Shown here one piece after another: positions 13,277-26,765 of a stretch of DNA of 64,000 nucleotides (its first letter is position 1; the number at the start of each line of letters is the position of its first letter). Position numbers and translations under genes: made by a program. Source of the stretch: the human T2T-CHM13v2.0 reference genome, Homo sapiens; assembly GCF_009914755.1 (NCBI RefSeq), contig NC_060926.1; one strand, 5' to 3'. Under the pieces are notes generated by a model that was not told the DNA's origin, did not search any database, and saw only the letters and a list, made by a program, of their open reading frames with translations.

Positions 13277-14380
13277 ATTTTTTAAAAAATAGATTTTATG
13301 TTTTTGAAGCTGTTTTAGGTTCACTGAAGAAGTTGAGCAGAATCTACAAAGATTTTCCATACATCCCTCGCACCCATACAGACATAGCCTCCTCCATTAT
13401 CACCATTCCCCACCAGAGTGACCCATTTTTTAAACTGATGAATCTGCATTGACCCATCATTATCATCCAGAGTGCATGGTTTACCTTAGATTCATGGTTG
13501 GTATTGTATAGTATATTCTATGGGTTTGGACAATTTTTATGACATCTATCTACCATTATGATGTCTTTCACAGCCCTAAAAATCCTCTGACCTAGGTCTA
13601 TTCATTCTTCCTTCCTGCAACCCCTGACAACCATTGATCTTTTTACTGTTTTGCCATTTCCAAAGTGTGTAGCCTTTTCAGATTAGTTTCTTTCACTTAG
13701 TATTATGCATTTTAAGTTTCCTCTATGTCTTTTCATGGCTCAATAGCTCATTTCTTTTTAATGCTGAATAATATTTTGTTATCTGGATGTACCACAGTTT
13801 ATCCATTGACCTACTAAAGGACATCTTTGTTATTTACAAGTTTTGCAGATTATGAGTAAAGCTGCTATGAACAACCTTATGCAGGTTTTTGTGTAGACAT
13901 AAGTTTTCAGCTCTTGGTAAATACCAAGGACCATGATTGATGGGTAGCATGGTAAGAGTACGTTTAGTTTTGTAGGAAACCACCCAACTGTCTTTCAAAG
14001 TGGCCATACCATTTTACATTCGCATCAGCGATGAGTGAGAGTTTTTGTTGTTCCATATCCTTGTCAGTATTTGGTATTATGCTGCTGTTGGTTGAAGTAG
14101 TCTATAGATGTCCATTATGTCTAGTTGATTGATAGTGTTGTTGAGTTCAAACTTGTCCTTACTGATTTTCTACCTGCTGGATCGGCCCATTTCTGTTAGA
14201 GGGGTGTTGAAGTGTCCAACTACAATAGTGGATTCATCTATTTCTCTTTGCAAATCAGATTTTGCCTTACATATTTTGATGCTCTGTTGTTAAGTACATA
14301 TAAATTAAGAATTATGGAGAATTTACCTCTGTATCACTTTATAATACCCCTCTTTATTCCTGATAACTTCCTTCACATTA
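13277..14380 (-). mobile_element. Old L1M (L1MC-like) 3' fragment
   Basis: TTTTAGGTTCACTGAAGAAGTTGAGCAG..., CTTTCACTTAG, GACATAAGTTTTCAG, CTGTCTTTCAAAGTGGC motifs typical of the reverse complement of L1M 3' ends. Confidence 0.7.
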
Positions 14381-16830
14381 AAGTATAATTAAGTGATCTT
14401 TAAGGTAAAGATTGCAATAGTCTCAAGGTGTTTTTTCAGCTGTCATTTGGATATATTTTTTAATGTTTTAGGAAATTCCTCTGTAGTTTTTTATAAGACA
14501 AAAAAATGAAATAAAATTAACAGTGAGTATAAATTTGTTCTGAGATTGCTAAAGCAAGTACAAATACAGGAAGCTACCAAATGTCTAAGTGAATTTAATT
14601 TCATTTAATTAAATTTTTTTGGTGACAACACTTAGGATCAGTTTAAACCTTTACTAACTGTTTAGGAATTAAGTTTTGGTAGAAAAGCTCAAGTGGGGCA
14701 TGGGCACACACTAAGCAGATTTGATCATTTCTCATTGCATTTAAAGTGCAACCTTTATCCTGCATGTAGAATTTAAAAATAAAAATAATAAATGAAGTAC
14801 ATCTTTTAAAACATGAAAATACTTTTTCCTGTAAGCATTTTATCAATGGCGTTTGAGAACTGGCTTGAATTGTGGAGTATCTTGGTTTATGCATTAATAT
14901 TGTTGATGATTTTATTTTCTCAGGTGTCTGATTTATTTTTACTGTTGTCTCTCTGCCTCTCCCTACCCCCAAGTGTTTTATCAACAAAAATTGCATCTTT
15001 AAGTTGTGTAATGAAACCAGTATTTTTTCTTAAGAGGGTATACCAGGTGTATTCGCACATGGGCCTGAGAAACTGACAGCTTTCTACAGTGTAAAGATAA
15101 CCTTTACATCAAATTTCCTTATAGATTATTTTATTAAAAGAGAAGAAGTACCCTTTGTAAAGCACTTGTGTCAGACAGACACTGTGTTGAGTACTTAAGA
15201 CATTTTATCTCATTTACTTCTAATCACTAACCCATGAGGTATAGATAATACCATAATTTTTTGAATCACAGTTGCTGTCAATTACCAGATGGATTATTAT
15301 TTTATGTACCGCAGAGAGAGAGAACTGCGGATTATAATTGTAAGATGCTATCAATTTCAGAAATGTTAAAATGTGACAAAAATAGCTGTCTTAGAATTAG
15401 TGAAAGGTGGAATTAGTGCTACCTTGTTTTGTGGTTGTCACTCAGGATTCTCAAGACAACTCACCTCCCAAAATGAAGTCAAGTCTGGACAAACGTAGGT
15501 CTGCTTTACTCCAGAGCTCTCCAGGCATCAGAGCATAGAGACTAGGAGCATACAGCCACCCTGCCATTTAATAGCTGTATGACTTTAGGGAAGTTACTTA
15601 AAGTCTTAGTTTTCTCTTCTGTAAAATGGAAATGGAAATGATAATGGTAAAACCATATAGTTGTTATGAGAACTGAATGAGTTGTATATACATTTATAAT
15701 GTGCTTTCCATGAGGTTAAATGCTTTGCATATATATTGGTTAATTAAATTGGTTAATTAAAACAGTATTGTTTCTGATCTAAGTAGATGCTTGCTTAAAA
15801 GGGAGAGGAAAAGAGCCTTATCAAATGGTTCATTGATATTTTGTGCACATAATGAATATTAAAATTATTAAATCATTAAAATATTGATTTGTCTTTTAAA
15901 ATTAATGTAAGATTGCAGTCTTGACAATTTTGACATCTAAATTACATTTTTATTTTCATAAAAATAATACTGTATAAAGTTTTAGCTGAAATCTGCTTTC
16001 CTTTCATCTCTGTTATGACATATTTAGTCAGAATATTGATGTGCTATGATGGATATCTTGAAAATAACCTGTGATGTAGTTGGGATTCCTGTCAACCTCA
16101 TAAGAAACTGATTCAGAAATTTTTTTAAAGGGTTTCAGTATTATTGACGCGTGTTTTAATTTCAGTTAAAATATACTGCTTTTTCATTGCACAGTGTATA
16201 GAGGAAAGATAATACCGAGACAGTTTTTGTAATAGTTTTATATGCACATGATTTTGTTGGTTCACCTTGAGATTTAAAATCTTGTCATCTTGCTGAACCA
16301 CAGTTCTATAAAAATAAAATATAATATTTTCGTATACCCTGATAACAAAAATGGGTTAAGACCTTCCTTTGAACTTCTTGCTTTTTCCTTCATTCCCACT
16401 TTTGCTTTGTTTTCATTGTTTTTTGTTTGTTTGTTTGTTTATTTTGGACTCACATTATTCATTTACTTCACAAGTAGTTATTGACTGACTGTTAAATACC
16501 AGGTCCTGTATTTACAGTGATGAATTGGAAATAGCCCTTGACCTGGAAGAACTCACTATTTGGGATTTATTAAGTGTCTAGTCATTGAGTACTTAGGCAT
16601 GGTGCCAAGGACTTTATATATACATCTTTTGTTTTAATCCTCGTAACTACACTGCTAAGGTAGGTCAGTGCTTCTTGAATGTTTCTATTAAATAGATGGC
16701 AGAGAAGAGGAAATTCTTGGGGAATCAAAGGGAGGTGACAGTCTGAGTGTGGTAATGATGGTGGTGAAGGGGGAGAGCTTTGATGTTAAAATTCTTTTCA
16801 ATTTAGTGTTTTCTCTTACAAATGTTTTGA

Positions 16831-17450
16831 GGCCATGATGGCTCACGCCTGTAATCCCAACTCTTTGGGAGGCCAAGGCAGGAGGATTGCCTGAGGCCAG
16901 GAGTTCTAGACTAGCCTGGACAACATAGCAAGACATTGTCTCTATAAAAAATTTAAAAATTAGGCCGGGCATAGTGGCCCACGCCGGTAATCCCAGCACT
17001 TTGGGAGGCCGAGGCCGGTGGATCACCTGACGTAAGGAATTTGAGACTAGCCTGGCAACATGGTGAAACCCCGTCTCTACTAAAAATACAAAAGTCAGCC
17101 GGGTGTGGTGGCACACACCTGTAATCCCAGCTACTCGGGAGGCTGAGGCAGGAGCGCTTGAACCTGGGAGGCGGAGGTTGCAGTGAGCCAAGATTGCACC
17201 ACTGCACTCCAGTGTAGGCGACAGAGTGAGATTCCATCTTAAAAAAATGATAAAAATAAAAATAAAATTAAAAAATTAGCCACATGTTGGTGTTGTGGTG
17301 CACGCCTGTAGTCCCAGCTACTCAGGAAGCTGAGGCAGGAAGATCACTTGAGCTCAGGAGTTTGAGGAGGCAGTGAGCTATGGTCTTGTCACTGCGCTCC
17401 AGCCTAGGAAATAGAGCTAGACCTTACCTCAAAAAAAAAAAAAAAAAAAT
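16831..17450 (+). mobile_element. Nested Alus: AluS (16963-17270) inserted in the linker of an AluJ
   Basis: AluJ left arm 16831-16960, complete AluS, AluJ right arm from about 17275; duplicated AAAATT(T/A)AAAAATTAG flanks the inner element. Confidence 0.85.
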
Positions 17451-17776
17451 TGGCTTTTGCATTCTGTTAACATACCTTTCTTTGTTTTGATATAAACAAA
17501 TTTTTAATGTAAAAAAATTAATTAGCATGAGGGAAGATTCAAAAAAGTATCCTGTCCCAATTTTAGGGTAGAGGGAATATGGTACTGGGAGCAGGATTTT
17601 ATTATACACTTCAGGGCATCAAGGGGGCTCATTTATTTGTTAAACTTTTTTTGCTTTTTTATTTTAAGTAAACTTTTGAAGTGTAACATGCAAAGACATG
17701 CACATATCATCATACAGCATGTATGGTGTTTTATCCTGGCTTCTTACCTTAAACATACATATATGGTTATGTGATC

Positions 17777-18193
17777 CATAAACCCCGAATATCTGAAACA
17801 GGTCTCAGTTAATTTAGGAAGTTTATTTTGCCAAGGTTGAGGACCTGCGCTGGGGTAACAGCCTCAGGAGGTCCTAAAAACATGTACCCAAGGCGGTCAG
17901 AGCATGGTTTGGTTTTATACATTTTAGGGAGACATGAGACATCAATCAACATATGTAAAATTAATATTGGTTTGGCCCAGAAAGGCAGGACAACTCGAAG
18001 CTGGGAGAGAGGGCTTCCGTTTGAGTTTCTGATTTGCCTCTCAGAAGGAGGCAATCAGATAATGCATTTAGCTCAGTGAGCAGAGGGGTGACTTTGAATA
18101 CAATGGGAAGCAGGTTTGCCCTGAGCAGTTTCCAGCTTGACTTTTCCCTTTAGCTTAGTGATTCTGGGGTCCCAAGGGTTTTTTCCTTTCACA
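17777..18193 (-). mobile_element. Solo ERV1 LTR, MER4A-like, inserted in an old L1M fragment (about 17640-18620)
   Basis: TATCTGAAACAGGTCTCAG...TTTATTTTGCCAAGGTTGAGGAC...TTTTCCTTTCACA terminus; flanks GATC/GATT. Confidence 0.75.
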
Positions 18194-21149
18194 GATTCAA
18201 GCATGTTGCCTGTAGCAATAGTTTATTCTCACTGCTTCATAATATTCCACTGTATGACTCTGTATATCATGATTTATCTGTTTTACTGTTAATGGACATC
18301 TAGGTTGTTTCCAGTTTGGGGCCGTCATGAATAGAGTCCCTGTAAAATATCCTTGTATTCCTGTCTGTGCATGTCTTTTGGTCCCATGTGTGCATTTCCC
18401 TGGGTAATGTACCTTGTAATATAATCACTGGGTCATATGTGTGCCTTGTTCAGTTTTAGTATAACCCAGTGATTTCCAAAGTTGTTGTACCAATGTATAA
18501 CCTCATCAGTAGTAGATGAGAATTTCTAGTTGTCCCACATACTCTGGAACATTGGCTTGATATTCTGTCTCATATATTTAGCCATTCTGGTGGGTGTAAC
18601 ATGGTATTAAGTTGTGGGTAGGCTATTTTCTCAAAATAAACATGATTCCTTTCCCTACTCCTACCCTTGGTCCCCTCCTTTGTGAACACCAGGGGAACGT
18701 GGAACAGACACCTGTATATTTTCATAAAACCTATCAGATGATTCTGGTCACCTTGCCAGTTGGTAAGATGCAGAATATACAACAAATTTAAGTATAATTT
18801 AAGGAAAATGAGACGGTCATGAAAATTATAGCTCCGCAGTGTAGTTTATTGACTTTCTGACAAATAGTGCACTTCTAACTTGATAAACATGGATGAGTTT
18901 TAAGATTTTGCAAGCTGGTGAAAAGTTTTGTAGGCTTTTTTATTTGACTGAGTGAGTTTGCAACATTGGCCCAAAGCTCTAATTACACAATGCTGGAATG
19001 CGCTTGTTCTTACTTGACCATCTACCCAGATTGCAGGTTGTGTTCATTCATTATTCTGTGGGGTTTTGCTACAGTTGAAAGAAGGGGAACACTATATGAG
19101 CAGATCTTTCTCAATTTTCAGAACTTGAAAAAAGTTGGCAGAATAAATTTTACCATTTCCTCACAGCATGCTGTGTGTTTTTATGTCTAATTTCTTGTTA
19201 TTTGTGGAGTTTTTCTTTTAAATTTCACAGAAGTGTTGCTAAGCTGTATTTTTTGTCATTTTGTAGTGAAAATCCAAGAGTGCAAAAAATATTTTTCCCT
19301 TGAATCCTTTTCAGTGTTAAGATTGTAATTCTTTTCTCATTCCTTAATCATTGTAGATTATGTTAGAATCATATGTAGAGAAGTGTCATTCCTGTACCTT
19401 TTGGGGATAATATTTGTTGATTTCTTCTTTTAAGATATGCACATCGACTCTTAACTCCAGATAAGCTCATAGTTTTCCCTTTCTACATTTTATATGCCTA
19501 ACTTTTTACAGCTATTATTTTTATAACTGGCTTCATTTCTTACTGCTGCAAAGTACTGTTTTAAGGTAGAGCAGCCATTTGGTAAATACTTGTGCTCTAC
19601 ATATTCAAAAGTATTTACTGATTATTGCTAGTCACAGGACTATTGGAATTATTAGCTCATCATCAGAAGAGCTAAGATGTCATTCATTATTTGTAAGATT
19701 TTTATTTTGGAATAAACCTGTTTGATGGCAATTAGCTAAAAAACAAAAAAAACAGAAGTACATGTTTAGTGAAAGCATAACTTATGAAGCTGCTATTCTG
19801 CTTTTTAAGATTTTTTTACAGCATTGTTCATCAGCTCAAAGAAGCAGATAGTGGGTGGTTAGATTGATATGGAGTGGAGGGTTTACAGGATGGTTGCGGT
19901 AAAAGAACAAAGGAGTGAAATGTTAACCATGCTTGCTAGAGCGTCTTTGAAGTTGTGATGTATTGTGGGTTTGAGGTTTGACGAGGAAGGAAGTGAAGGC
20001 ATAATGGGAATAATGACTTAAAAAATGGGAAGAGGCTAAGGAAGTATTGGTAATAAGAGATATTGAGGGATTAAATTGATGACAGAACAGGAATAAGGTC
20101 TGTTGTAAAAGATACACTGAGGTTTATTTTCAGAGTTGGTCAAGCTATTCTAGCTAATAAGTTTGTTTGGAAAAGATTGCTATAATGTTATGTGGGTGAG
20201 ATCATTCAGGAATGTCAAGGAATTTGATGCTGGTAGGTTGAAAGTCCACAGGGTGCACTCATCCAAGGTGATGATAGAAATAGTGAAGAAAACTGTGGAG
20301 GGAGACAAGTACTGATGAAGTCCTTAATAAGGGAACCTAACTACCAGTAGAAGAGGTGAGCCCATGATAGCCAGGGAAAAGAGGGGAAGAGGGTATAGCA
20401 TTTGACTCACACAGTTGCCAAACAGTTTTGGAAGAAGGCTGGAAAAGTGGTCTGGAAACAACATCAGGGAGTTGAAAGAACTCTTAATTGCTCCATATTC
20501 CTTTTTTCTAGATCCTTCACAGGTGTAAGAAAAGAATATTATTTGAGCAGTTCTGGTTTATCTGCTTTAATTGAGTATTTACCTCCTTGACCTTATCTTC
20601 ATAATCTTTGTTTCACCAGTGCCTGACCTATTTAGGTACTTTATAAATGTTTGTTCCGTAAATGCTAGACAAATGTGAAGTTGTGCCAGTGTCCTGGAAT
20701 TCTAGAACAAAGAGCATTGCTTAGACATTTAAAAAACTGATTTGAAAACTAGTAAAAGAACTGTTACTTTAACACAATTATATTTTCAAAGTATGGAATT
20801 AAGTACCATAACTATGAGACATGTTTGTGTTTACAGGCATAATACGGGAAATAAATTACATAATTTTTTACATAAATAGGTGGATGACAGGTTCTTGATG
20901 GATTATAGAGGGTGGTTGGGATGTTAGAGAGAATATTCTTGATTTTTAGAGGTTGGCAGGAGTATTGTGGAATCGATGCATATCTTTTAGAACTTCCGAC
21001 AATTATTACACCTCTGATCTCTGACTGCTGCTTACTTTGTTGTTTCCTTTCATTGGAGCATTAGGCTTTTGAGGATTGAATCGTAGCAGATTAATTTTGG
21101 GGCAAGATGGGTAAAGAAATCTTCAGTAATTTTAAGTAAAATATTTCTT

Positions 21150-21443
21150 GCCGGGTGCGGTGACTCACGCCTGTAATCCCAGCAGTTTGGGAGACTGAGG
21201 CAGGAGGATCGCAAGGTCAGGAGATCGAGACCATCCTGGCTAACATGGTGAAACCCCGTCTGTACTACAAATACAAAAGATTAGCCAGGCGTGGTGGCGG
21301 GTGCCTGTAGTCCCAGGTACCTGAGAGGCTGAGGCAGGAGAATGGCGTGAACCCAGGAGGTGAGCTTGCAGTGAGCCAAGATCGCGCCACTGCACTCCAG
21401 CCTGGGTGACAGAGCGAGACTCCGTCTCAAAAAAAAAAAAAAA
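21150..21443 (+). mobile_element. AluY-like
   Basis: GGAGATCGAGACCATCCTGGCTAAC and GAATGGCGTGAACCC diagnostic positions. Confidence 0.9.
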
Positions 21444-21453
21444 ATCTGACCTA

Positions 21454-21835
<382 letters not shown>

Positions 21836-23257
21836 TTAAAAAAAAAAGAAAGAAAACTTTGGAAGTGGCGGAAGCTTTAATAAAATGTTTAGCCAAATTG
21901 TTCTGAAACAGAAAAGGTTGGGGAAGAATGAGAGAAGGGAGAAGGAGAGAACATAGTTTTTATTATAGATGAATTTGTTTTAAAACTAAGGTAAATTTGA
22001 AAAATGCTTAGGGTTAATATTAGTAGATCCAGAATTTGCAATAACTGTGCAGGAACTACCCTAAGTATAGACCTTATCTCCTGTAATACTCCTGTAATAT
22101 GACTTTTATGAGTGAAGAATTATTCTCTTTCTGAAAATGAGAAAATTAAGGGCCAGAAAAGGAAAGTAACTTGTTCAAGAGTATAAAACCTAAGTTTCTT
22201 TAATTTACAAAGTTTTATACACAGACTTTACAGATACATTTCAGTGAGTTTCGAAGGAGGTATTCACCATTGAAACAACAGCCAAATCAAGATATAGATC
22301 ATTTCCATTACTCCAGAAAGTTCCCTCAAAGGTTATACAATTCCTAACGGACATGTTAGACATCAATCTGTCTTTTTCCAACTGCACATCCACATTGCTT
22401 GTATTAAAAGGCAGATTGGAGCTACTAGAGATAAGCAGTGTGAGAAGAGCAGAGTTAATAGCTGGTGTATACCTGATGGAGAGCCAAGCAATTAAAGTTT
22501 AAACAGCAAGAATAAAACCTTTAAAACTATATTTGGACAAATTTAACTCTGCTGTCTTTCATAGTTCCCAAGATTATTTCTATTTTGTAAACAAGCTCTA
22601 TCTTTGAGTTTTATATTGATACTCATATGAATAATTTATTGAGTGCTTTCTATTTACCGGACACTGTACTAGGTGTCTTCTGTACATTCCCATTCAATAT
22701 ACCAGTCATTTGAGATAATTACCATTTATTATTCCCATATTATAGACAAGAAAACTGAGACCCAGAGACCTTACACTGCTTTGGGATTGAACCCAAGTCT
22801 GATATCAGAAACTAAACTTTTAACTGTGATGGTGTTCTCTGGATCATTCTGTAATACTAAATTATTTTTGGTGCTTTATTTTAGAAGGCATTAAATTATG
22901 TACTGTTTTGTAAACATTAATTCTTTACTAGTGGTTGACTTCTTATCCAGTCAGCATATCTTTGCTTACTTTCTGTCACATTCTATACTAGGCAGTGGTT
23001 GCATAAAGATGGAAATATAGTAATCTCAAGGAGCTTAGCATATTTGATGAATTGGAAAAAATCATAGTGTTTTCACTTAAAAATTCTGGATTCAATTTCT
23101 GATTTGTTGGGCTTTAAAAAAAAAAAAAACAACTCTGTGACCTTAAGTAGCATTGCTTTTCTGTGTTTCAGTTTCCCTATATGTAGAATAGAAGTAAATA
23201 CTTAACAGGTTTGTCTAGAGGATCAAATGAAATATTGTATGTGAAGAATAAAGTTTA

Positions 23258-23500
23258 GGTGGGAGGATCACTTGAGCCCAGGAGTTCAGGACTGGCCTGG
23301 GCAACATAGTGTGACCCCGTCCCAAAACAGACATAAAATTATGCAGGTATGGCATGCACCTGTAGTGCCAGCTACATGGGAGGCTGAGGCAAGAAGATTG
23401 CTTGTCTGGGAGGTCAAGGCTGAAGTGAGCCATGATCATGCCACTGCACTCCAGCCTGAGTGACGGAGTGAGACTCTATCAGAAAAATAAAATAAAAATA
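23258..23500 (+). mobile_element. 5'-truncated AluJ-like
   Basis: GGGAGGATCACTTGAGCCCAGGAGTTC...CACTGCACTCCAGCCTG plus A tail. Confidence 0.85.
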
Positions 23501-25683
23501 AATTTTTAAAAAAGTAAAGTTTTAATGTGTAAAGCAAACTCTTACAGATTATTATACTATTAACTACAATACATTTGATTAATTCTGTATGGGTGGCATT
23601 TTTTGTGAAAGTTCCAGGTAGCTAGGGAGTAATTTTTACCCAGGAAAATGGTATAGGGACAAAGGGTGGTTAGTGAAAGTTTTACGGAAGAGGTGACATT
23701 TAAGATTAAAATGCAGTGTTGGTGCTTAAAGAGATAAGGTTAAATTATCTGTCACTAGTTGAAATAACCTCCTCTATGAGCTGAGTAAAAGAATGTTACT
23801 ATAGTTTATAAACTAGAGCTTGAATTAAATTGACTAAAAATTTTGTTATATCAAAAATGTATACTTTTCTATTCCATAATGTTTTATAAAAGACTAATTA
23901 TGCATAGGTAATTTCTGATTCCTTCTGTCTTTTAAGAGCTTTAAGCCATTGCTGAAATTTGCAAAACTTTGTAGGCCAGTGCTCAAGTAAATTTGTTTTT
24001 AGAGACTGTAGTGAACTTGAAGGTACTGCTTTGGCATTAAGAGTATCTGGATGATCCTGTTCCTTTTATCGTGTTTGTGTTGCTTAAAAATATATACATA
24101 CCTGCGTACATACATGTACACAGACATACATTTGGGTCACAACATTTGGTTTCAGCTATTTGTAATTTTTACCAAAAAAGGCATGGTCAGGTTTTGCTAT
24201 TTTGTTTATTCACTTAAGCACATTGGAAGTTGTAGAAGATTTTATCTGGAGGAACTCTGAGAGCTAGTTCAAATTATGAGGTTAGAGGCTGTCTTTGTGT
24301 TGTTCTTCCTTGTTTCTACATGGCCTACATTAGTGTAGGTTCCCCCAAAATACTCAAATGGGTCAATGAATAAGAGAGAAAGAGAGTGAACAAATGAATG
24401 AATGATTTTTTAAAAAAAGAAGAGGCTGTGCAACTTTCCGTTGTGAGTAGTCACCTAACTGCTAGTCTGGCCCATTGTAGTTTACTACCCTGTTTATATA
24501 TTACTATAATTTGAAATCTTACCTCTTATAACTGTAGTTATAAACTGTGATGCTAACTGAATAAAGTTGATTTTTAAAAATCCTAATACTGTATAAGACT
24601 ATTAACATAGGTACACTGGGCTTCGTCTTTTCTTATATGCCTTGTTTATACAATATTATTAATACATAATAGAAAAAATTGGACTTGTCACAACTAGCAT
24701 GCCATATAAATGTAGTTGTTTGCAAATGATGATTGTAAAAAATGGTTTCCAGAGATCCAGAATATCTTTAATATGTTATGCTATAGGAAAAGTAATCAGG
24801 TTCTGCAGTGACCTGTAGTTGGTATTTTAAAAGAAGGTAATTGCAGTGTGAGGAAATTATTTGGTGATGTTGAGTAAATCTTAAACTAGTTTATGAATCT
24901 GTATTAACTTATGGTGGAACTGGACAGAGTTTAGCAATTCTTGCCTCCAGTTCTGTCTATAGCCAGAAGCTCAGTGATGTGCCAAAGAATACATAGCCTG
25001 AAATGTGAAATGGGTAGAAGTAGAATCCAAGTATCTCAGCACATGGACCCCAGAGCTTTTTTTTTTTTTTTTTCCATTTTTACTGTTGCCATGGAAAATG
25101 ACATTATGCCTATATCTAGAAATGTTGTTAGATGATTTCTTGCTTTTAATCTTTTCTTTGAAAATACATTAAAGCAACAGAAATGAAATGATTTTGTGGC
25201 GTTATATTGTGTACACAGGGGTTCACTCTTAGTTTAATTTTTAGTTGTTTTTTTTGTGTGTGTGGGAGAACCCTGGCAGTAAGTGACAAGGCAGCAGTAA
25301 ACAGAGGCTCTAAATCTTCTCTTTTATAACAGCATGTGTTAATAGCTTTTAGGAATTATCAAGTAGAAAAAGAGTTGTTCCAAAAATATCTGGAAGTCTT
25401 TACCCTTGTAAACTTTTCATGTATCTATAAAATGTAATTAAAACTACCTCCTTGCTTTCAGTGTTGGAGAATGTTGTGGATTTCAAAAGAGATTCCCTAA
25501 CATTGGAATAAGACCCCCCAAAAAAGAAGTTGAAAGTAAGCCAGTTCCTTAGCATAGTACCCAAGTAAAATGGAAGACTTATTCAGAGATGGAGGACAAA
25601 TGAACACCTGGGGGAATGATGATGAGTTTTTTGTGTGTGTTAGCGGTATTGACAGCTTCCTAGTTCAGCCTTCAGACTAGAAC

Positions 25684-25854
25684 AGAGGTTCTTAGTGTGA
25701 GATCCCAGGACGACCTGAGACTTTGTTAGAAATGCAAATTTGGGAAGCTGACCCGGACCCGCTGAACCCTTAACACCCGGATTGAAGCCCAGCATTTTGT
25801 TTTAACAGGCCCTCCAAGGTAATTCTACTGCACACTTAACTTTGAGACTTACTG
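25684..25854. mobile_element. MER5A-like hAT MITE
   Basis: CAGAGGTTCTTAG...TTGTTAGAAATGCAAATT...TTTTAACAGGCCCTCCA...TTTGAGACTTACTG. Confidence 0.7.
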
Positions 25855-26765
25855 CCCTAGAAAAACAGAAAGCCTTAAGGTCTACCATTGTAATCACTTG
25901 AGGGGGGATTGTTGCTTTAGGACCACATGAAATTGCCAATATTCTGCCTTTGACATACAAAAATGTCAGTGTCATGTAATTCAACCTGATACAATTGACT
26001 GAAAAAACCTGTCAGACTTTGAAGGGAGGTTGCCTTTTGCTTGGGGCAGAGAGCTCACACTACAGAATAGCTATTTCACTTATGCCTCAAGGACCCAGGT
26101 AAGTAAACTATAAGGTAAATGAAGGTATTTGTTCACCCCCACCCTTTTTTTTAAAACTGGGGTCCTGTGTAAATATATTACCAACGCCAGTTACTTCAGT
26201 GTACACATCCCTCCCTTCCTTTCCCCCAGCTCTGTTGGCTTCCCCTTTAAATAGAAATATATATAACTAAGAAGAAGGAATATTTTTTCCTGTCCTTAGC
26301 CAATTTTTTTTTCTTGAAGGTTCAGCTGTTGCCATTACTGCATCTTTAACCACCCCCTCTTCTTGCCCCTGCACATTCTTTTCTATAGCAGTGGTGTCCA
26401 GCTCTGCCACTTAGTCTAATCAGTCTTCTGAAAGACACAGCTGTTTCTATTTCAGAGACGAGCCTATCCATTTAGTACACATTTTAGTCAACTTTAAGTA
26501 AACTGGTTTTGAGTAATTAAAACTACAAGATGGACTTTCTGTTTTCACGTGTAGGTCAAAATTAGCTATTCCATTAATTCTCTCAAAACACGTAACTAGC
26601 CCCCTTCCTTTTTCATTTTATTTTTAAACCAACACTGAGTGTTGTGCTAGGCTTTGCCTTACAGAAATTAATAAACTAGAGATGATATTATACTTAGGTA
26701 ATACCACAGCCATGCACATAAACTCTATAGTAAAAGACAATAAATGAAGTAGACTAATGAGGGTG

